Below, in pieces: positions 1 to 10,053 of a DNA stretch of 64,000 nucleotides. Origin of the DNA: Vicugna vicugna. Taxonomy: Eukaryota. The position numbers were made by a program, and so were the translations under genes. Under the pieces are notes generated by a model that worked only from the letters and a program-made list of their open reading frames with translations, did not search any database and was not told the DNA's origin. Numbering within the stretch: the first letter of the stretch is position 1; the number at the start of each line of letters is the position of its first letter. The stretch is from positions 208,477 to 272,476 of the forward strand of contig MU058769.1 in NCBI GenBank assembly GCA_013265495.1, in the 5' to 3' direction.

Positions 1-1035
1 AATTGCAAATTATTAGACAAAAGCTAAATTTCCACAATATACAAACAGCTCATATAACTTAATAACAACAACAAAAAAAGCAAACAACTCAATCAAAAAA
101 TAGTCAGAAGACCTAAACAAGCAATTCTCCAATGAAGACATACAAATGGCCAATAGGCACATGAAAAAATGCTCAGTATCTCTCATTATCAGAGAAATGA
201 AAATCAAAACTACAGTGAGGTATCACCTCACACCAGTCAGAATAGCCATCATTCAAAAGTCCACAAACAATAAATGCTGGAGGTGTGGAGAAAAGGGAAC
301 CCTCCTACCCTGTTGATGGAAATGTAGTTTGGTGCGACCAGTATGGGAAACAGCATGCAGATTCCTTAAAACACTAAAAATAGACTTACCGTATGATCCA
401 GCAATCCCACTCCAGGACATATATCCAGAGGAAACTCTAATTTGAAAAGATACGGGCACCCTAGCGCTCATAGCAGCACTATTTACAATAGCCAAGACAT
501 GGAAGCAACCTAAATGTCCATCAACAGATGATTGGATAAAGAAGTTGTGGTACACATATGCAATGGAATACTACCGAGCCATAAAAAAGGATAAAATAAT
601 GTCATTTGCAGCAATACGTATGCACCTGGAGATCGTCATCCTAAGTGAAGTAAGCCAGAAAGAGAAAGAAAAATACCATATGTGATTGCTCATATGTGGA
701 ATCCAAAACAAAAAAAAGACACAAATGAACTTATCTACAAAACAGAAATAGACTCAGAGACATAGAAAATAAACTCATGGTTACCGGAGGGGAAGGGTGT
801 GGTAAGGGATAAACTGGGAGTCTGAGATTTGCAGGTACTAACTACTATATATAAAATAGACAAACAAGTTTATACTGTATAGCCCAGGGAACTATAAGCA
901 ATATCTTGCAGTAAACTATAATGAAAAAAATACGGAAAGGAATATATGTAGGTATATGTTGGACAGAAACATTGTGCTGTATACCAGAAATTGACAGAAC
1001 ATTGTAAACTGACAATACTTCAATTAAAAAAAAAA
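1..1035 (+). mobile_element. LINE-1 3' portion (disrupted ORF2 C-terminus, 3'UTR, A-tail)
   Basis: From ~157 it translates to [30 protein letters not shown], typical of the L1 ORF2 C-terminus. An L1-type 3'UTR follows, ending caattaaaaaaaaaa at ~1021-1035. Confidence 0.93.
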
Positions 1036-1889
1036 GATGACTTCAGCAAGTCCTCTGAACACCAGCTCTCTGGGAGTCTAAGAATCTGTATGTTCTCATC
1101 AAAATGGTGAAACCTTAGGAAGCTGGGGCCTCAGCTCCACAGAATGCAAGAAGAATTTCTGTCCAGCCCACATTAGGTGCTCAGCACAAATTAGTAGAAC
1201 TGAATAAACCTGGAATCAGCACATCTACAGGGACCCTGGAGGAGGTACTGCGGGTCAGGAGGTGGGGGAATCTGAGGGAGGAACAGAAGCCAGGGAGGGG
1301 ATAGGGAAGTGAAGGAGGGGAGAGCTGGGGCATTCCAAGAGACTGCTGGGAGGTCCCAGTTTCCCTGAGAGAATGGTACCCAGGGCCTTGCCAGTCTCTG
1401 TCAGTCTCTCCAAGTTTCCTCTTCCTTAGACGAATATGCACCACCCCCCGGCACACACTCTCTTGAGAAACCACGAGAGGAAACAGTTGTCCTTCATCTT
1501 GTAGGAAGGATGAGGGCTGGGAAGCAAAAGCAACCCACCTTCCCTTTCTCAAGCCCCTCCCCCAGATCCTCCCACACTTCTCTCAGCACCATGAAGGCAA
1601 CTTCTCCTTTCACTCAAGAAATTTCCCAGAATTCTCAGGGCTGAGTCCCCTCCACAGAAGTGTAGACCCTGCCCCATGTCCCTGAGAAGCTCTTCTAGGG
1701 TGGTCATGTTTAACCATTCGGACATCATGGATCCTTTTGAGCAGCCAAGGAAGGATTGAAGCCCCATAAAAACGACTTAACGCAACAGACAGGGTTTTAT
1801 ATTTAGTTTTCAGTAAGTTCACAGACCACCTAAAGCCATTAGGTGCCAGGCACCAGGTCAAGAATCCCAGTAGTAAGAGTTTACTGAAC

Positions 1890-2065
1890 TACTGGCGGTG
1901 TGACTCAGGCAAATTGTTTGACCTCGTTGTGCCTCAGTCTCCCTGTCTACGACAGAACCCACCTCAAGTTGCTGTGAGGATTAAATGAGATGATACCTGG
2001 AAAGCACACTGCAGTCATGCCTGGCAAATGGTGCGTGCTCAGTAGCTGTTAGCTGTCACCATTAC
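1890..2065 (+). mobile_element. MIR SINE relic
   Basis: MIR core-like: tgtgactcaggcaaattgtttgacctc...gcctcagt...tgtgaggattaaatgagatgata. Confidence 0.8.
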
Positions 2066-2269
2066 TACAGCTCCTCTCTGGTGATGCATGGAGGCATCTG
2101 GGGTTCTTGACCTTTTGCATAACACATACATCAGACGACTCAATAAAAGAAGCGAGTGTTGATCCAGTTCAGAGGAAAAATGGCTGGCGTTGGTGGGACT
2201 AGGGAGAGGATCTCAAGGTCAGTTCCACAGAAGGCATTTCTCTCTCCTCGTCCCCAAGAAGTGGAAAGG

Positions 2270-2450
2270 GGGCATGTTTATGCCAAGCGCTTTACATATA
2301 TGATGTCATCCATCCCATACTATAACCCTGCCACCGTTATCCTCATTTTACATATAAAGAAAGTGAGACTCAGAAAGGTAAGGTGGATTGCCCAAAGCTA
2401 CCAAGCTACTAAGTGGTGGAACAGGGTGTCAAAGCCAGGTCTGGTCCCCA
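2270..2450 (-). mobile_element. MIR SINE relic
   Basis: cctcattttacatataaagaaagtgagactcagaaaggtaagg...tgcccaaag is the reverse MIR core. Confidence 0.75.
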
Positions 2451-3682
2451 ACCTAGTGTTCTCTCCACTGTCTCAGGGAAGAGCTAAGCAGAGCAAGGAT
2501 GGGGGTCGCTGGGCCACATCCTGTCTTGGGGAGCCTGGGGAGCCCTTGCTCTGGTGCTTCTGGGTAGACAAGCCTACCTTCCTGGCTTGGAAAAGCCACG
2601 GCAGGAGGGCAGAGCAACTTCTGCGGTTGGACTTGGCTTCTGTACTCAGTGACCTTCTGGAAGCTCAGGCTGGGGAAGGGCGTGCTATCACTGCCAAACT
2701 CCTCAGCCTTGACCTGTCCACAGTCCACCTGCCCTCACCACATAAAGTACGGTCCTTGGTCACAAAGGCCAGGCAAGTTGGGGGATTCCTGGGACAATCT
2801 GCTCCACCCCTTCCTCCAGGGTCCAGGCGCAAGCCCTTGGCCCCCTCCCAACCCTGGGAAGCTGCCTGCCTTTATCTGTGCCTCCCAATAACTCCTCCCT
2901 GGTACCTTCCTTCCTTTCTGATTGTTGACTACAATGTCTTGTCTATATTTTTTAAAAAAGAAGTGGTGGGGGGGAGGAAGGAGAAAGAGTAAATTTCCAG
3001 GAATTGTTTTGCTACTGGTCCTATTGCTTTAATTATTTGCCCTCTCCTCCTATCCAGGTTGGCAAGGAGCCTGGGCTCCTGCCCCCTCCCTCTTTCCTTT
3101 CATTCCAGTCTCTCCCTTTCCAGCTGCCTACCTCCTCCCAAGAAAAACAACCACATGAAAACTGCAGAGCTATCACTTATTTCTTTCTGAGGGAGCAGCT
3201 TTCCCTCTGTGCCTCTGCCAGAAGGAACCGCCATCACTTCCTCTTGCTGCAAATACACACTGGGTGATGGGGGTGAGGGGACTGGGCAGCAGATGGAGGT
3301 GAGGCTGCAGTGGGTGATGTCTCTGTGTGGGAGGGGAAAGGTTCTGGGTGGAAGATTCAGACTCAGGAGACTGAGCCACTAAAATGCAGTCTTGAGAGGA
3401 ACGGAAATGACCGTGAGTCACAATGTGTGGTCCATGTGGAGAGAACAGAAGCCGACCTGGGTCTTTTTGGAGGGCGCTTGGTCCAGTAGAGCCTCCATCA
3501 GCATGGCTCAAATGCAGGGGGAAGGAAGTGAAAATTCTCAGAAGGCTCTCTATTGATAGAAACTGAGACCCTAAAGAGAGAGCAGAACTGCCTGAAAAAT
3601 CAAAGTGAACCACATTTGATGTCATCATAGTTCATCATGACAGATTTCTTGATCTAGGAGTGGTCTGATGTGTAAGTGGAGG

Positions 3683-4490
3683 TGTGATATAATAAAAGAT
3701 ATACATTTGGTCTTTGCCCTGGTTCCTTACACAGAGCTCCTAAAATCTTGGTAATTTCCTGGTAATCAGAGTGACAAGAGCATCTTACAGAGAACTCCCA
3801 AACCCCTTGGAATCTCTTGGGTGATAGGAATGTCTTTTGTTCCAGGGAGATGACTCTTCTTGGGCTCCTGATGACTTGGGGATGGGGCTGCTCACCAGCA
3901 AGACCAAGCCTTGATTAGAAGCTTGGAACTTTCAGCCTCACCCCCTACCCCATCCTCTGGGGAGAAGGGTGGGGCTAGAGATTAAAGTAATAATCAGTCA
4001 TGTCTACATGATAAAGTCTCCATAAAAATCCCTACACTATGAGGTTCCAAGAGCTCCCGGGTTGGTGAACATATCCATGTGCCAGGAGGGTGGTGCTCCC
4101 CAACTCCACAGAGACAGTCCCTGTTTATCTGGCTGTTCATTTGTATCCTTTATAATGAAACAGTAAACATAAGTAAGTATTTCCCTGAGTTTTATGAGCC
4201 ATTCCAGCAAATTATTAAAACTGGAGGGGGAGTGGGTACCCCGAACTTTGTAGCCATGTTGGATAGACGTGTGTGTACCTAGGGGAACCCATTGCTTGCA
4301 ACTGACATCTAAGCCCTTAAGCCTGTGGAGTCTGACACTAACTCCAGGTGCTTGGTGTCAGAATTAAATGATAGGACACCCAGCTGGTGTCTGGAGAGTT
4401 GGAAAATTGGTTGGTACGGCAGTGGTGAGGGGAACTCTACACATTTGGTGTCAGAAGCGTCGTGAGCAAAGAAACAGTTTTTCTATGGGA
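3683..4490 (+). mobile_element. MER21-like solo LTR
   Basis: Starts tgtgatataataaaagatatacatttggtctttgccctggttcc...acagagctcctaaaa and ends near tttggtgtcagaag. Resembles MER21 consensus as I recall it. Confidence 0.75.
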
Positions 4491-4512
4491 AACTTTAAGA
4501 AAACTGAAAAAT

Positions 4513-4765
4513 ACAAACTTGTGGTTGCCAAGGGGGCAGAGGGTGGGAAGCGATAGATGGGATTTCAAAATTGTTTAACAGATAAACAAGATTATACTGT
4601 GTAGCACAGGAAAATGTACACAAGATCTTACGGTAGCTCACAGAGAAAAAAATGTGACAATGAATGTATGTATGTTCACGTGTAACTGAAAAATTGTTCT
4701 CTACACTGGAATTTGACACAACATTGTAAAATGAGTATAACTCAATGAAAAATGTTGAGAAAAAA
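4513..4765 (+). mobile_element. 5'-truncated young LINE-1 insertion with 16-bp target-site duplication
   Basis: L1 3'UTR similar to 770-1035, flanked by identical aagaaaactgaaaaat at 4497-4512 and 4766-4781. The TT/AAGA context matches the L1 endonuclease site. Confidence 0.85.
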
Positions 4766-4799
4766 AAGAAAACTGAAAAATTAAAAATATCCCTTCCCG

Positions 4800-4905
4800 T
4801 GGAGATGGTTGGTAGTGATGTTTGCACAACAATGTGAATATACTAAATGCCACTGAACTGTAAACTTTAAAATGGTTAATACTGCCATAGGAATTTCACC
4901 TCGAT
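4800..4905 (+). mobile_element. Old L1M 3' end fragment
   Basis: ggagatgg...gtgatgtttgcacaacaatgtgaatatactaaatgccactgaactgtaaactttaaaatggttaa. Confidence 0.7.
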
Positions 4906-5534
4906 TAAATTTATATATATCAAACCCCCTCCAGCCAACACACCCTCGATCCTACAGCCTACAAAACACAGGCCCAGCTCCAGGTGGCTCTGCTCTCTTC
5001 GCAATGTGGCCTGTGTGACTGGGCCTCACGGAGGTTAAGGAAGCTCCCCCTTCCTGCCCACAGGGCCACCTCAGGGGTCAAATCAGTAACTGGGGCGAAA
5101 GTGCTCTGAGAAGCAGGAAGCTCTGCTGACACAAGACGTTCCTCAACAACACAAATCCAGGGGCTCCATGCCGTCCGCTTGGCTTGGAGGGAGACAGAAG
5201 TCTGGTATCTGTCTGTCTGTCTCTCTCGGCCACACTTGGCCAGAGAAGCACGGAGCAGCGGGGACAGAATGCTGTCCTCCTCCCTCTCCGTGTCCAGGCT
5301 TCTCCCTGAAGCCCAACGCCCCTTTCCTACTCGACACCCAGCCTTCTCTCTCTCTCCAGATTCTCACCTCAGATCGCAGCTTAATGCTGGGGAATGGCCA
5401 GAGTGATTACAAGTCTGACACATTTTCAGATTTACTTTAGCCCTCCCACCCATATCCAGTCCTGCTTTGGCAAGAATCAGGACAGACAGCGGAGAGCAGG
5501 ACTCCAGCTGATTTAGCAAGGGGAGACCACAAAC

Positions 5535-5730
5535 ATATGTAATGCATTTACCACAGGGCCGGCCCTGTGCTCAGCACATCGCCCTGCTGGCTCATTTAAT
5601 TCTCACAACACCTGTTTTAGTAGATGTGCCTGTCATCCCATTTTGCAGAGGAGAGAACTGAGGCTTAAAGAGGTAAATTCACACAGCTAGTGAGGACTCT
5701 GGATTTTAATGCTTGCAGCCTGACTCCTCC
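5535..5730 (-). mobile_element. MIR SINE relic
   Basis: ctcatttaattctcacaaca...cccattttgcagaggagagaactgaggcttaaagaggtaa. Confidence 0.75.
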
Positions 5731-5859
5731 CTGTCACTGGCATACTGGACCTTTGGCTGTGACTTCCCCTCTAACTGGATTGGGGGAAGGCAGGAAAAAT
5801 CCTGACCCTCTCTCACAGAGCCTCAGCCAGTGATACTGCTTCCTGGATGAGAAGGACAG

Positions 5860-5976
5860 CCCTGAGCCCCAGCAAAGCCAGCCCCGCAGCCACGGCCCTC
5901 CAGCCTCCTCACAGCTCCCCAGCACTCCAGACCTGCCGGCCTGTAGGACTGAAGTGCTCCCGACACGGAAACTCAG
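5860..5976 (+). other. GPR182: GPR182 non-coding exon 1 (5' boundary approximate)
   Basis: Consensus donor CAG|gtgagt at 5976/5977, ~500 bp upstream of the CDS. Resembles the human GPR182 5'UTR ending gaaactcag (recalled). Confidence 0.6.
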
Positions 5977-6479
5977 GTGAGTGTTGCCCCCTCTCAGGAA
6001 GAAGGGAGTGGGGCTTGGAGAAATTGGCTTCCTTGCATGATCACAGTTGTTCCCAGGGAGGAGCTGGAGCCAGGGTGGGGGGATGTGTGTCCCCATACGT
6101 GGTCCCAATAGCAAGACAGAGCGAGAGCCCTAAGGAAGACCCACGTAAAAGGGCCAAGGGGTGATGTGCCGGGAGAGAAGCGGGGACTGAGCCCACCTGG
6201 ACTGGAGGAGGGTGGGGCTGGCCGGGGCTGGGAAGAAAGCGGTCGGGCACAAACAGTTCTGGTCTCTCCTGCCACCAAGACCTCTTAACAACGTATTTGC
6301 GCTCTTGGGTCAAAGCCTGTGGTCAGCTGTGCACTCTCCTTTCTTGCCTCCCCAGACCCAGAATCTTCACCCAGAGCCTCCTCGGCCCTGCGGCCCGCGA
6401 CCTCGGGCACACGGGGCTGCCGCCGAGGTCTCTTTGCCCTCGCAGCCCTCCCCCGCCCCGCGAGGCGCCTGCCGCCCGC

Positions 6480-7676
6480 ATGTCGGCCGCGGGGCCCGGC
6501 CCCTCCCAGGGGCCCCCGGCGGGGCCGGCCAGCGAGCCGGGAGAGATCCACAACTGGACGGAGCTGCTCTACTTCTTCAACCACACGCTGCCCGAGTGCC
6601 ACGTGGAGCTCAGCGAGAACACCAAGCGGGTGGCGCTCTTCGTGCTCTACCTGGCCGTGTTCGTGGTCGGGCTGGTGGAGAACCTGCTGGTGATCTGCGT
6701 GCACTGGCGCCGCGCCGGCCGCGCGGGGCTGCTGCGCCTCTACGTCCTCAACATGGCGGCCGCCGACCTGGGCACCGTGCTGTCCCTGCCCGTGTGGATG
6801 CTGGAGGTCACGCTGGACTACACCTGGCTCTGGGGCAGCTTCTCCTGCCGCTTCGCCCACTACTGCTACTTCGTCAGCATGTACAGCAGCGTCTTCTTCC
6901 TGGTGTGCCTCAGCGTCGACCGCTACGTCACGCTCACCGGCGCCTCGCCCTCCTGGCAGCGCCACCAGCACCGCGGGCGGCGGGCTGTGTGCGCGGCCGT
7001 CTGGGTCCTCTCGGCCCTCGTCCCGCTGCCCGAGGTGGTCCACATCCGGCTGGTGGACAGCTTTGAGCCCATGTGCCTCTTCATGGCGCCTTTCGAAACG
7101 TACAGCACGTGGGCGCTGGTGGTGTCCCTGTCCACCACCATCCTGGGCTTCCTGCTGCCCTTCCCTCTCATTGCCGTCTTCAACGTGCTGACGGCCTGCC
7201 GCCTGCGGCGGGCGGGGCGGCCCGAGGGCCGGCGCCACTGCCTGCTGTTGTGTGCCTACATAGCCGTCTTCGCCATCTGCTGGCTGCCCTACCATGTGAC
7301 CCTGCTGCTGATCACACTGCACGGGACCCACATCTCCCTCCACTGCTACCTGGCCCACCTGCTCTACTTCTTCTACGACATCATCGACTGCTTCTCCATG
7401 CTCCACTGCGTCGTCAACCCCATCCTTTACAACTTTCTCAGCCCGGGCTTCCAGGATCGGCTGCTGAAAGCTGTGGTCCATTACCTTCCCAAGGCCCAGG
7501 CCAGGGAGGGCAGACGTGCCTCCACCTCCTCCTCCTCCTCCACCCAGCATTCCATCATCATCACCAAGGAAGGCATCCATCCCCCTGCAGCGGGCCCTCA
7601 CCTCCACCCGAGCCTAAACTTCCAGGCACCAAATACCCCACCCACCTCCGCTCCTCAGTCTCTCATAGCCAGCTGA
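6480..7676 (+). CDS. GPR182: G protein-coupled receptor 182 / atypical chemokine receptor 5, single coding exon, 398 aa
   Basis: ATG at 6480 gives MSAAGPGP...GEIHNWTELL. Seven hydrophobic segments with class A motifs: MAAADL (D2.50), C3.25, DRYVTL, CWLPY, NPILY, and a Ser-rich tail. Candidate acceptors end at 6445 (cgcag) or 6464 (gag). Confidence 0.97.
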   Translation: MSAAGPGPSQGPPAGPASEPGEIHNWTELLYFFNHTLPECHVELSENTKRVALFVLYLAVFVVGLVENLLVICVHWRRAGRAGLLRLYVLNMAAADLGTVLSLPVWMLEVTLDYTWLWGSFSCRFAHYCYFVSMYSSVFFLVCLSVDRYVTLTGASPSWQRHQHRGRRAVCAAVWVLSALVPLPEVVHIRLVDSFEPMCLFMAPFETYSTWALVVSLSTTILGFLLPFPLIAVFNVLTACRLRRAGRPEGRRHCLLLCAYIAVFAICWLPYHVTLLLITLHGTHISLHCYLAHLLYFFYDIIDCFSMLHCVVNPILYNFLSPGFQDRLLKAVVHYLPKAQAREGRRASTSSSSSTQHSIIITKEGIHPPAAGPHLHPSLNFQAPNTPPTSAPQSLIAS

Positions 7677-7922
7677 GGAGGATTCCAGTCTCCTCCACCA
7701 GCGAAGCAGAAAGCTGGAAGAGGAGGTGAGAGACTTTGGGGGAGCACGGGAGAGGGTCAGAGCACTCATGGCCGATTCTGAGTATATCTTAAAATACTGA
7801 GGTGGGGAGGTGGGGAGTTGGGGATGGGGAGAGGGGACAGGGAGGGACAGGGAGCAGGTCCTTGTGTTGTGATATTTGACGTGGCCCTGGTGTCTAAGGG
7901 AGACACGCAGGGGAAAGGGTGA

Positions 7923-7928
7923 AATAAA
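7923..7928 (+). terminator. GPR182: Candidate GPR182 polyadenylation signal AATAAA
   Basis: First AATAAA after the stop, ~250 nt downstream. Confidence 0.5.
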
Positions 7929-10047
7929 GATTAGAGACAGCCACGACTCTGGGTCTCTGAAAAAACCTGCCCTGCCAGCTGGGACTAGGAGGGGAGCTGA
8001 GGCTGAAGAGATGCTCAGCAGAAAGCAGACGCACTCATTTCAGAAATCACGCTGGCCGGAAAGAGTGCACTCTGCAGGAACCCCAGGCAGCTTTGCTTTT
8101 GTGTTCGTGCTTGTCGACCTCCCGGCACACCATGCAGGCTGTGGGGACAAGAGGCCAGAGGCCAAGGAACCAGGAGGCCTCAGGAGGCGTTTCCTAGCAG
8201 TGCATCCTCCCTGCGATGATAGATGGAGGGGCGGGGCCGGCAGAGGTGGGTAAAGCCGAGGTCAGTGTCTGAGACAGGCACCCTGCAGCTGGGTCAGCAC
8301 GAGGATTCTCCACCCCCCACCACCACCATCCAGGAAGCAGCTCCATTTCCTTGCCGATGCTCTCCGTGACCCCCCTCCCACTAGAGCAGAGGAGCTGCCC
8401 CAGAGTCCACACTCAGAGCCCACCTTCCTCCAGCTCTGGGTCTAGGACATTTCCAGACCTCTACCCCTCATCCCTCCCTGTCTCTCCAGGTCAGAGGAAA
8501 ACATCAAGGAACATCCATTCTGGGAGCAGACTTTGGGACAGGCAGCATCAGGCACTGCCGGTGCTCCATCTGTCAACCTTTGTCCTGTGCACAGGGTAGC
8601 GAAGGAGGCATCTTCTAATCCTGTCACAGGGCAGAGTTCTGGCATTCTTCTAAGTCAGTTCTCACCCACAGACTTCTTTCTTCCTGGACAAGTCTCATAA
8701 TTTTCCTGTCCAACAACTCACTTCCATTAACACTTGTCATACAGACAGGAAAGTCAGTCCTCTTGCTAACACCCAAGTCTTCTGCAAAAGGCTCATTTAT
8801 CAGTTTGGGGAACTAGGACCATGTCTGTGAAGCGCTCTGACTCCAGTAAGGCCTGAGAGTAGGTCCCAGCCCACCTGTTCTGAGTCCTCGGTCTCTCCAT
8901 CCTGCCTGTGGAGAGAGAAGGGCTGGTGGACACGGTCTCTGAGACCCTCTGTCCTGCTCAAGTGCTCAGTATGTCTGGAATGTTTAACTTGGATTAGCTG
9001 CTCACTGACCTGGTGCGCGGTCTCCTCTGCTCTCAGAAATCTGAAACTGTTCACCAGATGCATTAAACATGTGCTCCAACACTACGTGCCCGTTTGTCAG
9101 GAGCACCGAGAAAAAAATCCATGTCTACTGCTCACTGGGCCCAAACCTGATAAAGGGTCTTAAGCTACAAACAGCTACTCAGTGGTATAGAGCTGAAGGC
9201 TGTTTCAATCAGGACAGTGATGTGGGGCTACAGCAAGAACTTAACTTACAATGCAGAAAATGTATTGGACTTTCCTCCCTTGTGTCCACATGAAAACCAA
9301 GCAAGTCAATGCCCACATCACTGCCTCCTCTGACTTGGGCTCCAGAAGCTCCCTGAAGGAAACCCAGCAGCACATATCACACCCCAGGTTACCTCAGAAG
9401 CCACTTTCCCTACAACTTCTCTTCTCCCAGATTTCACTCTGGCAACCAGTGCCATCCTGGCAGCACGGGTACTTCCCGGGGCTGAGAGAACCAGCATGCT
9501 GAGCAAGGCCACCCTCAGCGTTTGCGGGGCACTGATCGGGGGCCAGGCCCGGGCAATGTGCTCTGAGACCAAATGGACCACATCACGCCCTACCTTCTAG
9601 AGGTCTGTCTCCCTTCTGTGAGGGGACAGTTGTTATCAACCTCATGAAACCATGCCAGACCTCTGCCTCCTCTCCACTCTGATATACCATGTCACGGCGA
9701 AACAGATGGCACCAACCAGACAAATCTGTGGCCAAATCTCTGGTCCAACCAGACATCAACAGAGCCCCACTGCTCTCTCTGAGCCAACAGAAGATTCCTC
9801 TCAGGGATGTTCCCTCTGAAAAGGTCGGGTCATTGAATTAATTTCCCACTGTCCCACTAAAAACAGGACAAATTAATGCCGGGGAATTCTAGCTACAGGA
9901 AAGGAAAATGTGCTACCTGAAAGAATTCTGGCATCTGCTGAGCAGAACACTCTACTGAAAGGGTGATGGCCCGGGTACTCTGAACTCTGAAGGGATGAGC
10001 ATGATCACAGTGAATAGGAAAAGCACTCCCATTTCAAATTTCCTTTT

Positions 10048-10053
10048 TTTATT
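10048..10053 (-). terminator. ZBTB39: ZBTB39 polyadenylation signal, implying a ~3.9 kb 3'UTR
   Basis: AATAAA on the minus strand, preceded on the transcript by several TGTA motifs (10100-10170) in AT-rich context. Confidence 0.65.

Noticed and set aside
2156..2992. 278-aa ORF
   Set aside because: GTG start, runs through a MIR relic, no recognisable domain or splice support.
6297..6479. 61-aa N-terminal extension of GPR182 in the ORF track
   Set aside because: Starts at TTG inside the intron, upstream of the splice acceptor. The true ATG is at 6480.
6285..7607. 440-aa antisense ORF and overlapping 284/218-aa ORFs at GPR182
   Set aside because: Shadow ORFs expected from extreme GC3, which removes off-frame stop codons. 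No domain-like content.
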